From Octopus vulgaris (Eukaryota): DNA of 64,000 nt. The stretch spans positions 26,102,001 through 26,166,000 of the forward strand of contig OX597828.1 in assembly GCA_951406725.2 (NCBI GenBank), given 5' to 3'. The translations under genes and the position numbers were made by a program. Positions 55,058 through 64,000 of this stretch are shown here, in pieces (within the stretch, counting starts at the first letter, position 1; the number at the start of each line of letters is the position of its first letter). The notes under the pieces are model-generated. The model was not told the origin of the DNA. It made no database searches and was given only the letters and a program-made list of their open reading frames with translations.

Positions 55058-55717
55058 TATGACTTTATATTTTTTTAACCATTATTTGTTTTTCCTGCTG
55101 TTATATTTCAAAACTGTATTTTACTGATACTTCATTTCATCCACCTCAAAAGAAACAGAGTCTACGTCGATATCGGAGTATTTGAACTTAAAATCCTCCC
55201 CAAAGTTCCTGCCTTAATATGATAAAAAAAAAAAAAGGTGACTACGTTTAGTGAATAAAGTGACAAAACTAAGAATCGAACGTACATCGATTCCACATTT
55301 AATAGTGAGTAACTCATCACTTCTCTACGTCACTCGTATTAATTGAGTGCTAAGCCATGTGGAAAGCGATTATTACATATTAATATCACTTCCTTAAATA
55401 ATGACACCCTACCAGCTCTTCTCTCTATTTTGGATTTATTAATTATTTCAATATCAGATACTCACTGTATTTCCCTTTTCGTTTCTTTCCCAGTTTTACA
55501 CATTTTCCACCTATTTTGTTGTTTATCGTTCATTTTTATCAATGTGATTAGCTTCTTTTCATTTTTCTTTCCTTTCTTGCTATTTCGTTTATAATTTCTT
55601 CTTCACTGCATCTGTCAGTCTGTCAGTCTCTGCCTCCCCTTCTCTCTCTCGCTCTCCCTCCATCCCTCCTTGTCTCTCTCCGTTTCTGTTTCTTTTGCTC
55701 TCCATTCTCTCTTTTCG

Positions 55718-55801
<84 letters not shown>

Positions 55802-56218
55802 GTAATTATGTGTGTGTAAATATATATGTATATGTATTTATACAATATATATACACATAAATATACACGCATACACATATATACCTAAATATGATGTATA
55901 ATAAATAAATATATATATATACATATATATATACATATAGATGTCACACACACACATACACACATATATACATATATTTATGAAAAGTATGTGTTTATTC
56001 ACATGCTGTTGAGTGTAGATATATAAACCTATATACATTTCTCTCTTTCTCTCCCTGTCTCCCTCTTGTTATATACATATATACATATATATATACATAT
56101 ACATATATATACATACATATATACATATATACATATATATACATATATACATATATATACATATATACATATATACATATATATATGTATATATATATAC
56201 ATATATGTATATATATGC

Positions 56219-56249
<31 letters not shown>

Positions 56250-56261
56250 CATATATATACA

Positions 56262-56303
<42 letters not shown>

Positions 56304-56533
56304 CGCACACACATGCCTAAAATTTCTATTTTACCCATATTTCTTGCTATTCGGCGTCTCTGTGCGCGTTCACATGTAAATCCATATTGTTAACACTTAT
56401 GTACGGTTTGTAGATTCGTAATTCTTATCTCTCGGCTTTCTCGAAACATGCGACCTTTTAAACAAGCTATCCTTTCTCGAAACTCCACACTCCAGCCATT
56501 ACACACACAGACACAGACACACACACACACACG

Positions 56534-56595
<62 letters not shown>

Positions 56596-56966
56596 CTCTC
56601 TCCCACACACACATACACACACATATTATCCTCTTCACTTTAAAGCTTTTAAACTCTATAACATTTTGTTTCTTTTTTACATTGCTGCTTATTCTGTTAT
56701 GAATATTTTGTAGATGCTTAAAGTTCTGCTACTACTGCTGCTGCTGCTGCTACTGCTGCCACTTTAATTGCTGCATGTACTGCTACTTCTTTTGTATCTT
56801 TTGCTGCTGCTGATGATGATGATGATGGTGTTGATGATGATGATGATGATGGTGAGAACAAGAACTACGGAGTCACAGTTGTTGAAAGCGCAATTTACAA
56901 AATTTTCGTTTCCTCATGCACTATGCACTTCTGATATATGTTTGTGCGTTTGTACGTATCTGTCTA

Positions 56967-57030
<64 letters not shown>

Positions 57031-57048
57031 CACACACACATACACGCA

Positions 57049-57099
<51 letters not shown>

Positions 57100-57284
57100 T
57101 CAATATATTTTAAAATTAAAGTTAGAATTTAAACTTCAAATTTAAACTTTGCGTATTGGGGATGTCCCTAGCAGTACACCGACAAAGCACGTTCACTGCC
57201 TATGGCTACCTAGTGCCATCCACGGTAATTGCACAGTCGTCACAGGATCTACGTTAGGAATTCTTCGGTGCACGTTGAGTGTAA

Positions 57285-57437
57285 TAGAAACGATGGATAC
57301 GGAAGACAGAATATACTGGAAGCTTTATTTACCACAACGATCGTTTCGACACATCCTACATCAAGGAAGATGTGTCGAAACGATCGTTGTGATGGATAAA
57401 GTTTCCAATATTATCTATCTTCTGTATCCATTGTTTC

Positions 57438-57439
<2 letters not shown>
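57285..57439. repeat. 155-bp palindrome carrying the 3' half of a hammerhead on each strand
   Basis: Perfect 23-bp inner arms at 57333-57355 / 57369-57391 (GATGTGTC GAAA CGATCG TT GTG), with imperfect outer arms. Confidence 0.85.
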
Positions 57440-57475
<36 letters not shown>

Positions 57476-57509
57476 TCATATTTATATATATATATATATA
57501 CAGATAAGC

Positions 57510-57616
<107 letters not shown>

Positions 57617-58219
57617 TATGGATATACATAAACCTATACATATGTTCCTACATGTGGGGAACAAGTTTTCTTTAATACATGTGCCATTAAATGTACAACT
57701 ATATTCCAGTTTTATCTTTTGATTTTATAGAGTTTTCATACTTTCGCATTAGTTTTTTTTTTTTTTGCAGTTAGTTTGGAACAATACACTTCCTAAATCC
57801 ATATCCAAGGTTTCCAGAACTTTACAGACTAATTTTCAGGATTTGGCGTCTCTGTTGCTTCTTAACACCTTAAATTCTTGTGGACATTAACGTAGAAATT
57901 TTTTTAAACCGTGTCTTCAGTATCAGCTGTCACGTGTTAATTTGCTTTGTTGCCATCATAATTTGTGGATGTTAAGTTTTCATGTTACCAGCTAAGTGAT
58001 ACTCTTTTTATGTTCCATTGTTTGAATGTTTATTTTGACGTTATGCTGCGATATAATTTATCTTCCATGATTAATCTTCTAGGAGTTTTTCTGAGGAGTT
58101 TTATAGAATATGCAATAATTATTCTCAAGTATTTTCCTTTGTTTTATGGTGCTTTGCGGTTCTTCCTTCAGATATTTTATGGTGAGCCTACGGGAGAATG
58201 TTGTACAAGAATATTCAAT

Positions 58220-58454
58220 AAGGGCGGCGAGCTGGCAGAAACGTTAGCACGCCGGGCGAAATGCGTAGCCGTATTTCGTCTGTCGTTACATTCTGAGTTC
58301 AAATTCCGCCGAGGTCGACTTTGCCTTTCATCCTTTCGGGGTCGATAAATTAAGTACCAGTTTCGCACTGGGGTCGATGTAATCGATTTAATCCCTTTGT
58401 CTGTCTTTGTTTGTCCCCTCTATGTTTAGCCCCTTGTGGGTAGTAAAGAAATAT
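58220..58454 (+). mobile_element. SINE family C, full length
   Basis: GGCGAGCTGGCAGAA head, GAGTTCAAATTCC B box and Meta-like core. TSD ATATTCAAT at 58211-58219 and 58455-58463. Confidence 0.9.
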
Positions 58455-58844
58455 ATATTCAATGTAACAGTTGGAGTCCTGGCGTTTACAACTTTCAGTT
58501 TTACAATTCTGTGTTTCGATCCTGAAGTAAGAGTCTTCTATTATCTGGATCAGTAATGCAAGCGGCCAGGTTACTTACATACAAAGTTACCTTGATTTTC
58601 TGACTTGGGATTAAGAATACAAATGCCTGTGGAATACTTAACGTGCAGATTGTTCTGTTGATTGAACCATGGCAGTTACACGTCACCGAATTAATGAATA
58701 ATCTCTCTACTTATTGTTTGTGGATCTATATCCAGCTTTCTCTTTATCTCCTGTGTCTATTACGTCTTTCCTACACACACACACATAGACACACACACAC
58801 ACACACACACACATAGACACGTGTGCACACAAACACGTATATTG

Positions 58845-59510
<666 letters not shown>

Positions 59511-59732
59511 AAGTGCATTCATATTTGAAGGGTATTTGGTATGTGAGAGAGAGATGCCGGAACAGATTAGTTTATGTGAAGTCGGTTGGAGATTGTTGAC
59601 TATCATTAGGAAATCGACTACTTTAGCACGTCTGTCCAATTATTTTCTCTCCTGGACTAGTTACGCATGCGTTAGAAGTGTGAGCATGTTTGTGTACGTG
59701 TTTATGCATGTGAATATATGTGTGTGTATGTA

Positions 59733-59782
<50 letters not shown>

Positions 59783-60924
59783 TGAATACATATACGCTGA
59801 GTAGCCCGTCGTTGCCGGGCAATTTTCACAATGGTTCCATGTCAGATCATGGCTTCCCCCGTCGGATGGGCCTCTTGATCTTGGACGGATTTCCGCATTA
59901 TTTAGAGCAATCTATAATATCTTGATAAACGAAGATGTTTTAATAAGGTTTCATGAATTAAGCCATGTGAAACGGTACACGTGACTGATTTGCATTACAT
60001 GTCATACCAAGAGAGAAAGAGTGGGGAGCGGCATGCGTCAGCGATATTCTCATAGAGATTGAAAGAGAATTTGGTAAATATATAGAGAGGGGAAAAGCGC
60101 AAAAGACAAAGACAGATAGATCGGCAAAATAGTTTTGTTGATTACTGATAACCAAAAAACCCTCGCTTTAGAACACAGATTTCGAAAATCAAATCCATTT
60201 GATTGCTTGTCTGTGGAGAAGATATTTCAAGAACCGCTGAATAGATTCGGATGAAACTTTTCGGGGATGTTTGGCCTCTTGACTGGCAAGAACTGATTAG
60301 ATTTGGGGATCGATCTGGTGCCGGACAAAGATTCTGGATTATTTTTCCGGGGTTTTTTAACTTAATTTTTGGGAGCGGTCGGGTTCATTTTTAGTATTCT
60401 CGTTTGTGAGAGCAGTCGAGTTTGTACGAATGTATGTATCGATAGATGGATGGAAACAAATGACGAATTAAAAGTGGGAAAACTCGAGAATATAAGGAAA
60501 AGAAATAGCAACCATAAAATAAAAAGGGAACCTACCAGAGAGTCTTGCTTGTGGTCAGAAAATGAAAAAATTCTTTGTCGTAGAAATCGTCTGCTAGATA
60601 ACAATGGGATAAGAAAATATATAGGAGAAAGAATGTATCGAGCGACCATTGATAAGGAGCCTGAAATTCTAGAACCTAAGATGAACTTTTGTTGTTCCTA
60701 CAATAATATGTATTATAATACATATATGTATATGTATTATATAAAATGTGTGTCAATTCGTCTGGATCAAGGAACCACTGCACAAATAATCATGCTATCA
60801 GAGATGGTAAAAATCTGAAAGACTTTAAACTTTCAAGAAGGAACCTTGCCAGCGAGAGATGATTGCAAAAAACAGTAATAAAGAAAAGAAGCGATTCACT
60901 CATTCATACATGCATACACACACA

Positions 60925-61027
<103 letters not shown>

Positions 61028-62015
61028 GTAAGTACTAAAGGGTCATATTCACAGGCAACATAAGTGCAAATGCAGGCCCCTACATATATGCGTACACTAA
61101 CTCAATTACGCATTTACAAACCCTTGGAACTGTCTTAACTAAAAACATCGTGTCACTTTGCGACCCGCTTGGTATCCGTTAAGAAGAAATACATATATCG
61201 CAAAGAAAATATACACTTATACACGCTTACACAAACAAATGTATATTCATACATACGTTTGTGAGTAAAGTGATACATTCATACATATACGTATGAATTC
61301 CTGCAGACATAAGCATTTCCAGCCAACCAGCTAGCCATCTGTACGACATACTTATGCACACTTACAAACACATATATATATATATAATGCATACATACAT
61401 ATAAATCCACATATATCTACATACATAATTTATACAGACATGCATAAATACATACATGCACACATACTCGATCATATGCTTTCGTACACACATACATGTA
61501 TGCATACATAATCAGCCAATTCCATAGTTAACTGGTTTGTGATTTCATCATTAAAGAAAGCGACAATAAATCGTTGCTTTCAGACAACAGTTTCTGTGTT
61601 ATCTACAAACACTAAAAGGGTATTGGTTGGCTGAACCGAGTAATTAATTAGCACCTAATTACACTCAGTATGTCTAATTACACCCGGTCTGTCTACTAAC
61701 TAATGGCATGTCTAGGAACGTCTTGATCAATCTTGGATGCAGAAAATTCCTGCATTGCAAACGAAGTGCGCTTCTCTCCAGGGATTCGATTCTTTAACAT
61801 TCGTATTGTGTCCAAGCTGTTTATAGCTGCCATAATTGATAATAGAAATAATTCTAATCAAGCTTGTGGAAACGTCGAATAGCAAGTGTTCTAACAGAGA
61901 TTCTAACATAAGCACACGAAATCAGATTCGGAGGAGGAATGGTAAAGTGATTATATCAACACAAATCCAAGGCTGCTGATTTACTGTATCAGAGAACCTA
62001 AGCGGTAGACAAAGG

Positions 62016-62082
<67 letters not shown>

Positions 62083-62387
62083 TGTGTGTGTATAAAAAAT
62101 ATATATAAAAATTATATATAAAAATACAAAATGGGACAAGAACGCAAAACATTCAAATAGACGACACGAAAACGGACGGGTCATTCGAAGCCTCTAATCT
62201 TCAGTCAAGAACCGGATCATCCTCACAATTTCGACTGATTATATATATATATATAAGCAAAATAGCTAGTTATAGAACCTCCTATTCTCCGCCAGCTGGT
62301 TATCGGTGCAACATTCTGCACTCTTTATAAACAAGATATTGCTCGGAGGAGCGGGGCGAACGCTTACTACCCTCTCGCAGTTAACAA

Positions 62388-62440
62388 GCTCGCGAGACTG
62401 AATTAGTTTCGAGCTATTTGGCTGATCTTCAGCCGCGAGC
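62388..62440 (-). ncRNA. Type-I hammerhead ribozyme motif
   Basis: GCTCGCGG CTGAAGA TC AGC CAAATA GCT C GAAA CT AATTC AG TC TCGCGAGC. 8-bp stem I, intact core, GUC site and closed stem III. Confidence 0.78.
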
Positions 62441-62638
62441 ACCTGCACACCAGAGCGATACCCAGAATCTGCCACCGTTAACAATGTAGAGTTTCACTGG
62501 TGCTTAGTTTATCGACCCCGAAAGGATGAAAGGTAAATTTGACCTCAGCGGAATTTGAACTCAGAAGGTAGGGACGGGTGAAATATCGCTAAGCGTTTCA
62601 TCCGACTCACTAACGCTTCTACCAGCTCGCCGCACTTA

Positions 62639-62744
<106 letters not shown>

Positions 62745-62800
62745 TAATAATAATAATGATAATAATAATAATAATAATAATAGTAATAATGATAATGATG

Positions 62801-62835
<35 letters not shown>

Positions 62836-62881
62836 AATAATGATGATGATAATAATAATAATAATAATAAAAATAATTATA

Positions 62882-63015
<134 letters not shown>

Positions 63016-63027
63016 TAATAATAATAA

Positions 63028-63968
<941 letters not shown>

Positions 63969-64000
63969 GGAGGAGGAGGAGGAGGAGGATAACAATAATA

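Overview
Eukaryotic, AT-rich, repeat-dense DNA with no host protein-coding gene that I can support. Almost all listed ORFs are microsatellite or SINE read-throughs. The SINE families and microsatellite load resemble a cephalopod (Octopus-like) genome, which is an inference. The window holds three tRNA-type SINE families in many copies, several with clear target-site duplications. It also holds decayed LINE fragments (RTE x2, CR1-like, R4/Dong-type x2), a Penelope-type RT fragment, two Tc1/mariner relics and MITE-like elements. The most striking signal is about 15 type-I hammerhead ribozyme (HHR) motifs from roughly ten unrelated small repeat families. Many sit in long inverted-repeat structures next to (TA)n or (TAA)n tracts, as expected for Penelope-like pseudo-LTRs or retrozyme-like elements. 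They include a U3-A8 compensatory core variant, a recurrent A6U variant and very long stem-II insertions. A candidate HDV-like ribozyme lies at the 5' end of an internally deleted RTE derivative. All folds were derived by eye and are untested, and element boundaries are approximate.
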